Shown here: positions 14,539 to 27,100 of the stretch, in pieces
Position numbering within the stretch: the stretch's first letter is position 1
Layout: every line of letters begins with the position of its first letter
NCBI RefSeq assembly: GCF_046119375.1
Contig: NW_027362762.1
Location: 130,758,001-130,822,000, forward strand
Direction of reading: 5' to 3'
Length of the DNA: 64,000 nt
DNA from: Phyllobates terribilis
Taxonomy: Eukaryota
Position numbers and translations under genes: made by a program
Notes under the pieces: generated by a model
What the model saw: the letters and a program-made list of their open reading frames with translations, nothing else
What the model was told of the DNA's origin: nothing
Database searches by the model: none

Positions 14539-15120
14539 GGCTGGTTTCACACGTCCGCATATCTCCGGTACCGGAAAAAAAAGTACTGGAGATATCCGTG
14601 TCCTGTGTGTCCGAGTGGGTCACCCGTGTGGCAACCATGTGACGCATCAGGATCACACGGACGGAGCCTGGGAATCAGCACTACAGTTTGCGCTGTTCCC
14701 AGGTTTGCGTGGGTGCAGAACGCTGATCTCATACCAGCAGGGACAATGATGAGGGTAGTGGTAGTCTTCTCCTGCAGTGTCCCCACCCGTAAAAATAATA
14801 AAATAAAATCCATGTACTCACCTCTCCTAGGTGTCCCCGCTGTAATCCTCTGACCGCTGCTGCAGAGGAGTCAGGGAGAATGAGCCGCAGCTCAGGAGCA
14901 GTGTGCTGTCACTCACTGAGCGGCTCATTCTCCCAGGTCCCTGCTGGTGCTGATGGCAGCGCCGGCAGGGAACCATGATGAGGGCAGCATTCAGCAACCG
15001 GTGCTTGGGAACAGCGCTACCTGTAGCGCAGATTCCCAGGCGCTGGTACGTGTCACACGGATGGAGGGCTATGTGGGGCCCGTGGGTTTGTCCAAGATTT
15101 TCATTTTGGCCCTCTAAGTG
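14539..15120. mobile_element. Harbinger-like MITE family H2; related copy at 61440-62010
   Basis: tta|GGCTGGTTTCACAC start. Shares blocks gggacaatgatgag, ctgggaatcagc and tcactcactgagcg with 61440-62010. Confidence 0.55.
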
Positions 15121-15164
15121 TTTGAGTTTGACATCCCGGCCTTATACAAATCCCCATAGACTAA

Positions 15165-15490
15165 GGCTACGTTCCCACAATGAGATTTTGATGTAAAATT
15201 TTCTGCACTTATTTCAATTTGGTTACTTGTAGTTTTTTATTGGGTTTGTGTGCATTTTTTTTTTTTTTTTTAACATGTGTTTTTGATGCTGCAGTTTGTC
15301 TCTTTGGTATGTCATGCTTTAAATAAAGCGGCTTTGTTTTTGATACTTTCTGGTATTTGGCTTTGACAAAGCTTTATTAAACACAGTTATGTGCGGATTA
15401 AATGTGTTTTTTACCTGCGGATTTTCCACATCTAATGCAAGTCTATGGGGAAAATCTGCACATAAACCTCAGAATACCCACAAGAGAGAT
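15165..15490. mobile_element. Harbinger-like MITE family H3; related copy at 60618-60890
   Basis: taa|GGCTACGTTCCCA start and a matching body at 60618. Confidence 0.55.
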
Positions 15491-15858
15491 TGACCTACTA
15501 TTTTTCTTCCTCCCCTGCCCAGGAGCTGTAGTATGATCAGACCATGTTCCTGCATGGAGCCATTACACAGTACACAGCAGGGGCACATGTATAAGATTAT
15601 CTCAGAACAGGAACATTTCTTTTCTTTTTTAAACATCCAATTGTGGAAGATATAATTTTTCCAAGATCTATTGATTAATGTCTACTTTGCTCAAGGGAAA
15701 ACCCTTAAGTCTGAAAGTCATCTCGCCATATGCAGCGACTGCAAATCTAGGAATGTGGAACTTAAGTTATGTTCAGACTGAGTTTGTAGCAAATTTTCAG
15801 TGATTTTATGCAGTGATTTTATGCACTGAAAAGCTGCAATAAAATAAAGTACGATTAA

Positions 15859-16227
15859 GGGTATGTGCCCACGATCAGGAAATGCTGCAGGTTTGACTCT
15901 CCGTGTATACACAGCGTCAAACCCGCAGCGGCCAGATGTTACAGCATAGTGGATGTTATTTCTAGAAATCCCAAGTCCACTATGCACCTCTGTACACCCG
16001 CGGAAACTGACATGTGGCGCGTCTTTCAGACTCGCAGCCTGTCAATTTCTCTTGCGGGTCCGCATGTGGACTTTACCTATAGATTAACATCAATGAGGAA
16101 AGTCCGCATGTGAAAAAAAAAAAATTTAAAAAAAATCGTGGCCGCTTATCTGCATAATGAGGGCGGAAGCCGCGCGGCTGTTCTACAGCGTCGGTACCGC
16201 AGCGGCCCGGATCGTGGGCACATACCC
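15859..16227. mobile_element. Complete PIF/Harbinger MITE (369 bp)
   Basis: Perfect 18-bp TIRs GGGTATGTGCCCACGATC / GATCGTGGGCACATACCC with TAA duplicated on both sides. Confidence 0.9.
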
Positions 16228-16509
16228 TAAGTGCTAGAGGTTTCAGAAAAGAAAAAAAAAAAAAAAAAGCATTCACACACCGCAAGAAATATTTGCACAA
16301 GTGTAAAATGCTGGATCATGATGTATGTGCTCCTCGTTGCGGAGCACCCATGGATCTGTAATGCGATGGATCAAATCTGCATCAAGGCCACACAACAGTC
16401 GGCCCGGCCGAGTAAACTCCAAAAGGGACTTTCAACTATTAAAATACTTGTATGGAGCTACTTACTCTCTGCACAAAGACAACCAATACACACTATCATT
16501 ATACATATA

Positions 16510-17960
16510 ACCCTGTGAGACAAGTAAAAAAAAAAATTATTTTTCAGTCGACCCAGTGGAATGAGAGCTAGTTTTTTGCCAAAGTGTAAACACCATTCAT
16601 TATACCATGAAATGTGCTGAAGACCACAAAAATGAAAGGGTAAAAAAAAAAAAAAAAAATTTCCATCTTCATTTTTTAGGTTTAGTTTTGAGTGATAAGT
16701 TGACTTTCTAACATGATTCTTCAGGTCATTACAATTATGACGAGACCAAACGTGTACTATTTTTTTATTAATTCAGTAGATAAAAAAAAAAAAAATTTCA
16801 GAAATTGTTAAAAAATAGTTTGTCACCATTTTTTTTTTTAAAGATCCACAACTTACTTTCCCCTTTGATGGAACACATGCAGGGTTATTTTTTCTTTTTT
16901 GCATGGAAAGCTGATGTTTTATGGATACCATTTTGGGGTGCAAGCAGTGTTTTTACAGCTTGTTTTTTTGGGGCGACTGCTGTTTTGATTTTTCTTAACA
17001 ATTTTTACTGTAGATTAAATATTTTTTTTATGTTTTAATAGATCTGACTTTGTTTACAGATACCTATACGAATGATTATTTTTTAAAAAATGTCTAATTT
17101 GAGGGTAGCAGATTTTAGTTTTTATGTATTATGGATTTTTTTTTTAATATTTCTATATTTTCTAAAGCTTTTTTTTTTTAAGTTTCCTTAGGCGACTTGA
17201 ACCTGTGAAACTCTGATCGCTTGTACTACATACGATCATAATACTACAGTATTGCATATCCAGTTAAAATAAAGGTCTTCTATGAAGCCTAGCTTGTCGC
17301 TGGGCTTCTCAGGGGTGCCAAGATGGCAGCCATTGGTAGGTCCCTTCAGCAGACGCCTAGCTGCTATGGCAACCCATTAGCATCCAGCTGTCACATTGAC
17401 GGCAGAGATGGGGATGCGATGGGGACCTGGAACAGGCACACCACTGGGACGGCAAACCTTAAAGAGGTTGTCCACTTATTTTTCATTGATGACCTTTCCT
17501 TAGGATAGGTCATTAATGTCTGATTGGTGGGGGTCCGACACCAGACACCCCGTCGATCAGCTGTTCTTGGTGTCAGCTGCTGGAACTGCTCGATTGTGGA
17601 GCTGCTCCGTCTTCTGATAGTGGCCACAGCTGGGTACTACACATTCGCTTCCTATTGATTTGAATAGGAGGTGGATGTGCAGTACCCTGCCGCAACCACT
17701 ATCAGAAGATGGAGCTTGCAGACCTCCTCCAGTCGGCGGCTGCTGACTCCATGAACAACTGATCGGCAGGAGTGCCAGGTGTCTGACCCCGGCTGATCAG
17801 ACATTAATGACCTATCCTAAGGAAAGGTCATCAATGAAAAAGTAGTGGACAACCTCTTTAAAATTAAGCGTTAACAGCAGCAAACCGAGCTTAGCTACAA
17901 TCGCTGCTATTACAGGCAGATGCCGGCTGTATAACACAGTGGGCATCTGCCATCATTGGT
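16510..17960. mobile_element. Old non-autonomous piggyBac-like element, degraded
   Basis: Patchy similarity by eye to the element at 53908-55177. Termini not resolved. Confidence 0.4.
17463..17857. mobile_element. T2/Kolobok-type foldback MITE (395 bp)
   Basis: TTAA on both sides, TIRs AGAGGTTGTCCAC / GTGGACAACCTCT, and long subterminal arms that are near-perfect inverted repeats. Confidence 0.9.
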
Positions 17961-19321
17961 GCAGACTTATTTATGGTGGATGTGGGGTCTATTTTAGCAA
18001 ATCGTATTTCTCATAATATACCAATTCTGTAGACTCTTTTCTTGCTACTCTTTGCGGTTCCTCTGTCATCCCTGCTAGAATTTATGACTAAATTAACAGT
18101 CAAGTGCTGACAGTATAAACTGAAGGGATATGCATTTTTGACGACTGCTAAGGCCCAACTAATCCCAAGAAAGGGGTCCTGTGGTTCTATGAATGGAGCA
18201 ATAGTGCGTCATCACCGCTCCATTCACTTCTTTGGGTCTGTGGAAGTGGTAGAGCGCAGAACTGAGCGCCACTTCCATACACAGTGAATTTTCACACATG
18301 TGCACTAATGCCCCATTCACACAAGAGACCCCCATTCTCAGCATCAGTGGGGGTCCCAGCAGTCACCTGACACTTAAGGAAAATAAATTTAGTCAGACAA
18401 CTCTGTTAATCAGTCACAAATGATAAAATGTCTGGATCGGAATATTCATATCTGAATTTAGGAATAGTGTAATTACGCCAAGACGATCCTAGTAATGAAC
18501 GTCTGTGATGCTCCCCATGGACCCAACTGGTACCCAATTCTCAATGTCAGCATCAGGTAAAGAAAGCCGGTGAGCAGACATGTGCAAAAATATTAAAGGT
18601 ACGGAACACTGTAGGAATATGTCATTGCTTTATGACTGGTGGTGGTGGGTCCTATAAGTGGAAATATCACCGATCCACAAAATAAAGGGCCTATAAATCT
18701 GATTTTGCACCGTCCTGCACAGAAGGCAATTCTGCCCATTTGGCTTTGCAGCGGGCAACAGCCGCTCCCATTCACTTCATTCTCACTGGGGTCTCAAAGG
18801 TCAGGAAGTGATTACTAATCCTGGAACTGCGCCAGGAGCTGGATGATCGCCGGCAGCTTCTTCCTGAGAAGGAGCTGTCACAATGAGATCACAGCTCTAT
18901 GTCAGGGCTACGCACAGCATGAAAGCAGAAGTGTCAGAATAGGACATCACATCAACCTCTGTCACTGCGGGCAGGCTGCAAAGAGTACAAAACTGCTGGA
19001 TATTTATTTGCTAGTCGCACACGACTTTCCCAGCATAAAACTTTACGACAAGTAACACGTGACAGCATCCTGCGTGCGACCCCTCATTTTTATTTATTTT
19101 TATTTATTTTTTTTTTACAGAAAAAGGTGTTAGAATAGATGCTGTGAGAAAATGCAACATTTTACACCTGTAATGGCGGATAATGTAAGAGGAGGGAGGT
19201 CTCCAGACCAGAGCGCACATCGGTCAGGGCAAAAGTCTCCTGCCCAAGACAACGGCTCTAATGATTGGTAATAACCCATACATGCTGCGATCCGGAAATG
19301 TCAACAGAAACTCCCCGTGCC

Positions 19322-21459
19322 CATAAATGCCAATATTCCCCCCCCCCCACACACTCATAAATGCCAATACTCCCCCCCACACACACTCATAAATGCCAAT
19401 ACCCCCCCCCACACACACACACACACACACACACACTCATAAATGCCAATACCCCCCCCCACACACACACTCATAAATGCCAATACCCCCCCCCACACAC
19501 ACACNNNNNNNNNNNNNNNNNNNNNNNNNNNNNNNNNNNNNNNNNNNNNNNNNNNNNNNNNNNNNNNNNNNNNNNNNNNNNNNNNNNNNNNNNNNNNNNN
19601 NNNNNNNNNNNNNNNNNNNNNNNNNNNNNNNNACCCCCCCCCACACACACTCATAAATGCCAATACCCCCCCCCCCACACACTCATAAATGCCAATACCC
19701 CCCCCCACACACACAAATGCCAATACCCCACCCCCACACACACANNNNNNNNNNNNNNNNNNNNNNNNNNNNNNNNNNNNNNNNNNNNNNNNNNNNNNNN
19801 NNNNNNNNNNNNNNNNNNNNNNNNNNNNNNNNNNNNNNNNNNNNNNNNNNNNNNNNNNNNNNNNNNNNNNNNNNNNNNNNNNNNNNNNNNNNNNNNNCCC
19901 CACACACACTCATAAATGCCAATACCCCCCCCCCCACACACTCATAAATGCCAATACCCCCCCCCCCACACACACTCATAAATGCCAATACCCCCCCCAC
20001 ACACACTCATAAATGCCAATACCCCCCCCCACACACTCATAAATGCCAATACCCCCCCCCCACACACACNNNNNNNNNNNNNNNNNNNNNNNNNNNNNNN
20101 NNNNNNNNNNNNNNNNNNNNNNNNNNNNNNNNNNNNNNNNNNNNNNNNNNNNNNNNNNNNNNNNNNNNNNNNNNNNNNNNNNNNNNNNNNNNNNNNNNNN
20201 CCCCCCCCCCACACACTCATAAATGCCAATACCCCCCCCCCCCCCACACACTCATAAATGCCAATACCCCCCCCCCACACACTCATAAATGCCAATACCC
20301 CCCCCCCCACACACACACTCATAAATGCCAATACCCCCCCCCACACACACACACACTCATAAATGCCAATACCCCCCCACACACACACACACTCATAAAT
20401 GCCAATACCCCCCCCCACACACTCATAAATGCCAATACCCCCCCCCACACACTCATAAATGCCAATACCCCCCCCCACACACACACACACTCATAAATGC
20501 CAATACCCCCCCCCACACACTCATAAATGCCAATACCCCCCCCCCACACACTCATAAATGCCAATACCCCCCCCCACACACTCATAAATGCCAATACCCC
20601 CCCCACACACTCATAAATGCCAATACCCCCCCCCACACACTCATAAATGCCAATACCCCCCCCCACACACTCATAAATGCCAATACCCCCCCCCACACAC
20701 TCATAAATGCCAATACCCCCCCCCCCACACACTCATAAATGCCAATACCCCCCCCCCACACACTCATAAATGCCAATACCCCCCCACACACACTCATAAA
20801 TGCCAATACCCCCCCCACACACACACACACATAAATGCCAATACCCCCCCCACACACACACACACTCAAATGCCAATACCCCCCCCACACACACACTCAT
20901 AAATGCCAATACCCCCCCCACACACACTCATAAATGCCAATACCCCCACACACACACACACACACACACTCATAAATGCCAATACCCCCCCCCCACACAC
21001 TCATAAATGCCAATACCCCCCCCCCACACACTCATAAATGCCAATACCCCCCCCCCACACACTCATAAATGCCAATACCCCCCACACACACTCATAAATG
21101 CCAATACCCCCCCCACACACTCATAAATGCCAATACCCCCCCCACACACTCATAAATGCCAATACCCCCCCCCACACACTCATAAATGCCAATACCCCCC
21201 CCCCCCACACACTCATAAATGCCAATACCCCCCCCCCACACACTCATAAATGCCAATACCCCCCCACACACACTCATAAATGCCAATACCCCCCCCACAC
21301 ACACTCATAAATGCCAATACCCCCCCCACACACTCATAAATGCCAATACCCCCCCCACACACACACACACACACACATAAATCTGTACCAATACCCCCCC
21401 CACACACACACTCATAAATGCCAATACCCCCCCCACACACACTCATAAATGCCAATACC

Positions 21460-21494
<35 letters not shown>

Positions 21495-21862
21495 ATAAAT
21501 GCCAATACCCCCCCCCCACACACTCATAAATGCCAATACCCCCCCCCACACACTCATAAATGCCAATACCCCCCCCCACACACTCATAAATGCCAATACC
21601 CCCCCCCCACACACTCATAAATGCCAATACCCCCCCCCCACACACTCATAAATGCCAATACCCCCCCCCACACACTCATAAATGCCAATACCCCCCCACA
21701 CACACTCATAAATGCCAATACCCCCCCCACACACACACACACACACACACACATAAATGCCAATACCCCCCCCACACACACACACTCAAATGCCAATACC
21801 CCCCACACACACACACACTCATAAATGCCAATACCCCCCCCACACACACTCATAAATGCCAA

Positions 21863-21893
<31 letters not shown>

Positions 21894-22575
21894 TCATAAA
21901 TGCCAATACCCCCCCCCCACACACTCATAAATGCCAATACCCCCCCCCACACACTCATAAATGCCAATACCCCCCCCACACACTCATAAATGCCAATACC
22001 CCCCCCCACACACTCATAAATGCCAATACCCCCCCCCACACACTCATAAATGCCAATACCCCCCCCCCACACACTCATAAATGCCAATACCCCCCCCCAC
22101 ACACTCATAAATGCCAATACCCCCCCCCCACACACTCATAAATGCCAATACCCCCCCCCACACACTCATAAATGCCAATACCCCCCCACACACACTCATA
22201 AATGCCAATACCCCCCCCACACACACTCATAAATGCCAATACCCCCCCACACACACACACACACACATAAATGCCAATACCCCCCACACACACACACTCA
22301 TAAATGCCAATACCCCCCCACACACACTCATAAATGCCAATACCCCCCCCCACACACTCATAAATGCCAATACCCCCCCACACACACACACACACACATA
22401 AATGCCAATACCCCCCCACACACACACACACTCAAATGCCAATACCCCCCCCACACACACACACTCATAAATGCCAATACCCCCCCCACACACACTCATA
22501 AATGCCAATACCCCCCCCACACACACTCATAAATGCCAATACCCCCCCACACACACTCATAAATGCCAATACCCC

Positions 22576-22616
<41 letters not shown>

Positions 22617-23826
22617 ATAAATGCCAATACCCCCCCCCACACACTCATAAATGCCAATACCCCCCCCCCACACACTCATAAATGCCAATACCCCCCCCCC
22701 ACACACTCATAAATGCCAATACCCCCCCCCACACACTCATAAATGCCAATACCCCCCCCCACACACTCATAAATGCCAATACCCCCCCCCCCACACACTC
22801 ATAAATGCCAATACCCCCCCCCCCACACACTCATAAATGCCAATACCCCCCCACACACACATAAATGCCAATACCCCCCCACACACACTCATAAATGCCA
22901 ATACCCCCCCCACACACACACACTCATAAATGCCAATACCCCCCCCACACACACACACATAAATGCCAATACCCCCCCCACACACACACACTCAAATGCC
23001 AATACCCCCCCCACACACACACTCAAATGCCAATACCCCCCCACACACACTCATAAATGCCAATACCCCCCCCCACACACACACACACACACACTCATAA
23101 ATGCCAATACCCCCCCCCCACACACTCATAAATGCCAATACCCCCCCCACACACTCATAAATGCCAATACCCCCCCCCACACACTCATAAATGCCAATAC
23201 CCCCCCCACACACTCATAAATGCCAATACCCCCCCCCACACACTCATAAATGCCAATACCCCCCCCCACACACTCATAAATGCCAATACCCCCCCCCACA
23301 CACTCATAAATGCCAATACCCCCCCCCACACACTCATAAATGCCAATACCCCCCCCCACACACTCATAAATGCCAATACCCCCCACACACTCATAAATGC
23401 CAATACCCCCCACACACACACACACACACACATAAATGCCAATACCCCCACACACACACACACTCAAATGCCAATACCCCCCCCACACACACACTCATAA
23501 ATGCCAATACCCCCCCACACACACTCATAAATGCCAATACCCCCCCACACACACTCATAAATGCCAATACCCCCACACACACACACACTCATAAATGCCA
23601 ATACCCCCCCCCCACACACTCATAAATGCCAATACCCCCACACACACACACACTCATAAATGCCAATACCCCCCCCCCACACTCATAAATGCCAATACCC
23701 CCCCCCACACACTCATAAATGCCAATACCCCCCCCCCACACACTCATAAATGCCAATACCCCCCCCCACACACTCATAAATGCCAATACCCCCCCACACA
23801 CACTCATAAATGCCAATACCCCCCCC

Positions 23827-23864
<38 letters not shown>

Positions 23865-24008
23865 AATGCCAATACCCCCCCCACACACACACACACTCAA
23901 ATGCCAATACCCCCCCCACACACACACTCATAAATGCCAATACCCCCCCCACACACACACTCATAAATGCCAATACCCCCCCCACACACACTCATAAATG
24001 CCAATACC

Positions 24009-24051
<43 letters not shown>

Positions 24052-24125
24052 ATAAATGCCAATACCCCCCCCACACACTCATAAATGCCAATACCCCCCC
24101 CACACACTCATAAATGCCAATACCC

Positions 24126-24158
<33 letters not shown>

Positions 24159-24481
24159 ATAAATGCCAATACCCCCCCCACACACTCATAAATGCCAATA
24201 CCCCCCCCCACACACTCATAAATGCCAATACCCCCCCCACACACTCATAAATGCCAATACCCCCCCCCACACACTCATAAATGCCAATACCCCCCCCCCA
24301 CACACTCATAAATGCCAATACCCCCCCCCCACACACTCATAAATGCCAATACCCCCCCCCCCACACACTCATAAATGCCAATACCCCCCCCCCCACACAC
24401 TCATAAATGCCAATACCCCCCCCCCCACACACTCATAAATGCCAATACCCCCCCCCCCACACACTCATAAATGCCAATACC

Positions 24482-24522
<41 letters not shown>

Positions 24523-24627
24523 ATAAATGCCAATACCCCCCCCACACACTCATAAATGCCAATACCCCCCCCCACACACTCATAAATGCCAATACCCCCC
24601 CCACACACACTCATAAATGCCAATACC

Positions 24628-24662
<35 letters not shown>

Positions 24663-25280
24663 ATAAATGCCAATACCCCCCCCACACACTCATAAATGCC
24701 AATACCCCCCCCCACACACTCATAAATGCCAATACCCCCCCCACACACTCATAAATGCCAATACCCCCCCCCCACACACTCATAAATGCCAATACCCCCC
24801 CCCCACACACTCATAAATGCCAATACCCCCCCCCCCACACACTCATAAATGCCAATACCCCCCCCCCACACACTCATAAATGCCAATACCCCCCCCCCCA
24901 CACACTCATAAATGCCAATACCCCCCCCCCCACACACTCATAAATGCCAATACCCCCCCCCCCACACACTCATAAATGCCAATACCCCCCCCCCCACACA
25001 CTCATAAATGCCAATACCCCCCCACACACACTCATAAATGCCAATACCCCCCCCACACACACACACACACACACATAAATGCCAATACCCCCCCACACAC
25101 ACACACACTCAAATGCCAATACCCCCCCCACACACACACACTCATAAATGCCAATACCCCCCCCACACACACTCATAAATGCCAATACCCCCCCCCCCCA
25201 CACACACACACACACACACACTCATAAATGCCAATCCCCCCCCCACACACACACACACACACACTCATAAATGCCAATCC
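19322..25280. repeat. Compound minisatellite (TCATAAATGCCAATA Cn (CA)m), ~6 kb, roughly 200 units; contains N gaps at 19505-19632, 19745-19897 and 20070-20200
   Basis: Directly visible: a constant core with variable C-run and CA-run lengths. Unit count is an estimate. Confidence 0.98.
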
Positions 25281-25418
25281 CCGCTTCCCCGTGCCCCTCA
25301 CTTCTGCACAGCACTGGGCAGGCTTGTTGTGTGTAACCCGAGCTCCGCGCTCATTAGCTGATGGAGATGCAGGGATAAATAATGAAGCAGCAGCAGCACA
25401 TGGGGGTCCTGCGGGTAC

Positions 25419-25555
25419 CTGTCCTCCGACACGCTGATCACCCCGTCCTCCTTGGGCACAATCACTGCCATGTTCACCACGTCTTGAGACCCCTCCACCT
25501 TGCTCAGTAATAGAGGCTTGCGGGTGAGGGCTGTGGGGTTGATCTCCGCCGCCAT
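25419..25555 (-). CDS. WDFY2: WDFY2 coding exon 1 (137 nt; [46 protein letters not shown])
   Basis: ATG at 25555 and donor AG|GTACCC. The residues [18 protein letters not shown] and GVISVSEDR fit WDFY2 rather than WDFY1. Confidence 0.96.
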
Positions 25556-25943
25556 CCTCTTCTACCTGGTGCCGAGGTGAGCGGTGCCCGGAGCTCTCAG
25601 CTGCGGCAGCCGGGCACAGACTGGCAGCGCTCCACTCACTCAAGCATCCAGCCTCAGCGCCGAGCTTCTGTCAGCTGACTGACACGTCACCGCTCAGTAC
25701 ACGCCCCTCACTTATTTATTTATTTTTTTATTTCACTCATCTTTATTGATGTGTTTTGTTCGTGGCTTTGTGCTCGCCACGTGACCCGTGTTGCTGTCCC
25801 AGGTGTGAGGGCTGCAGGTCACGTGACTTATAGTCCTGGTATAGAATGCTGGAGAAAGGACAGGACCTCAGTAATTCCTCCTGTCACAAGACTGCAGAGC
25901 TGCTGCACCATTATTACAGAGGTGTGTGCATGCTTTAGTGTAA
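25556..25943 (-). promoter_or_regulatory. WDFY2: Probable WDFY2 5'UTR and proximal promoter (CpG-rich, E-boxes)
   Basis: GC/CpG-rich unique sequence directly upstream of the ATG. GTCACGTGAC at 25818-25827, CACGTGAC at 25778-25785, TGACACGTCA near 25679. TSS not determinable. Confidence 0.65.
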
Positions 25944-26190
25944 GGCTATGTGCCCACGATGCAGAAATGCTCAGGATTTTTTCCTGAGCGTTTCTGCATC
26001 TCCCTGGCAGAAAAAAACGCATGCGGATTGTACATGTGTTTTTCCTGCCAGGGACATGCGGATGTGAAGCGTTCTTCACATACATTTCTGCATGCGGGTT
26101 GACAAGCGCTTTCCAAGCGATTTTAGCATTACTTGGAAAGTGCTTGAAAACTCGGTCACACTATATAAATCCATGCAACCGGTATGGATT
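25944..26190 (-). mobile_element. Harbinger-like MITE family H1, copy 4, truncated by a DD37E insertion
   Basis: taa|GGCTATGTGCCCACGATG; reverse complement of the end of copy 2. Interrupted at the TA in ggattTA. Confidence 0.8.
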
Positions 26191-26192
26191 TA

Positions 26193-27090
26193 CACTGTGT
26201 TCCAAATTATTATGCAAATAATATTTTCTCAGATTTTCCCAAATTACCTATATGAATTGCAGTCATTGTAATTTTCCAGTCAAATAACTATTAGAGTACA
26301 ATTGAAAGGTTTTTGTACAAACTGCCTATGATAACAGGATATTTTTTAAAAAATAAAAAACTCAAAATGCATGTTCCAAATTATTATGCACAGCAGAGTT
26401 TTCAACCTTTTCATTTTAATAAAGAACAAAAAAATAGTCATTTTTGAAATTCTAAGCATTAGCAGGTTATTACACACTGAAATCAAACAGTTTTCAACTC
26501 AAACCTTTATTCTAGGTGATGTAACATTTTCACATAGGACCCCTTGTTCGAAAGGAGCTTCTGAACTCTCTCGTCCATTGAATTTGTCAGGTTTTGGATG
26601 GTTTCTGCTTCAATTGTTTTGCATGAGGACAGAATACCCTCCCAGAGCTGTTGCTTAGATGTGAACTGCTTCCTGCCATCATAGACGCTCCTTTTGATGA
26701 TGCTCCAGAGGTTCTCAATGGGGTTGAAGTCAGGGGAGCATGGGTGCCACACCATAAGTTTGTCCCCTTTTATGCCCATAGCAGCCATAGATGCCGATGT
26801 GTTATGTGCAACATGAGACGGGGCATTATCATGCATGAAAATGATCGTGCTGCGGAATGCACGGTTCTTCTTCTTGAACCATGGAAGGAAGTGCTGTTTG
26901 AGAAACTCAACATACATTATGGAGTTCATCTTTACCCCTTCAGGGATCCTAAAAGGGCCGACAATCTCTCTCCCCATGATTCCAGCCCAAAACATTACTC
27001 CACCTCCATCTTGTTAGCGCCGTAGCTGTGTTTGCATGGGGTGTCCATCAACCAGCCATCCTCCACTCCATCCATCTGGACCATCGAGAT
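26193..27090 (-). mobile_element. Second DD37E (TRT-type) element, 3' half only
   Basis: TA|CACTGTGTTCCAAATTATTATGCAA terminus with an inner copy at ~26372. ORF 26507-26995 has FMHDNA...SPDFNPIENLW (37 residues D to E). Upstream LDGPDGW is cut off at ~27090. Confidence 0.85.
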
Positions 27091-27100
27091 CATTTTCATG

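Noticed and set aside
19224-25361. Dozens of ORFs rich in HTLINANTPPP, HTHKCQYPPP or VCGGGIGIYE
   Set aside because: They are translations of the minisatellite, on both strands and across N gaps, with no coding signal.
25419-25555. Assignment as WDFY1
   Set aside because: The residues TRKP, GSQ and [11 protein letters not shown] fit WDFY2; WDFY1 as I recall it has SRPV, GHQD and AALLIPKE.
25173-25643. 156-aa minus-strand ORF overlapping exon 1
   Set aside because: It is an alternative frame of GC-rich exon and UTR sequence running into the minisatellite. The other frame matches WDFY2 and splices in phase.
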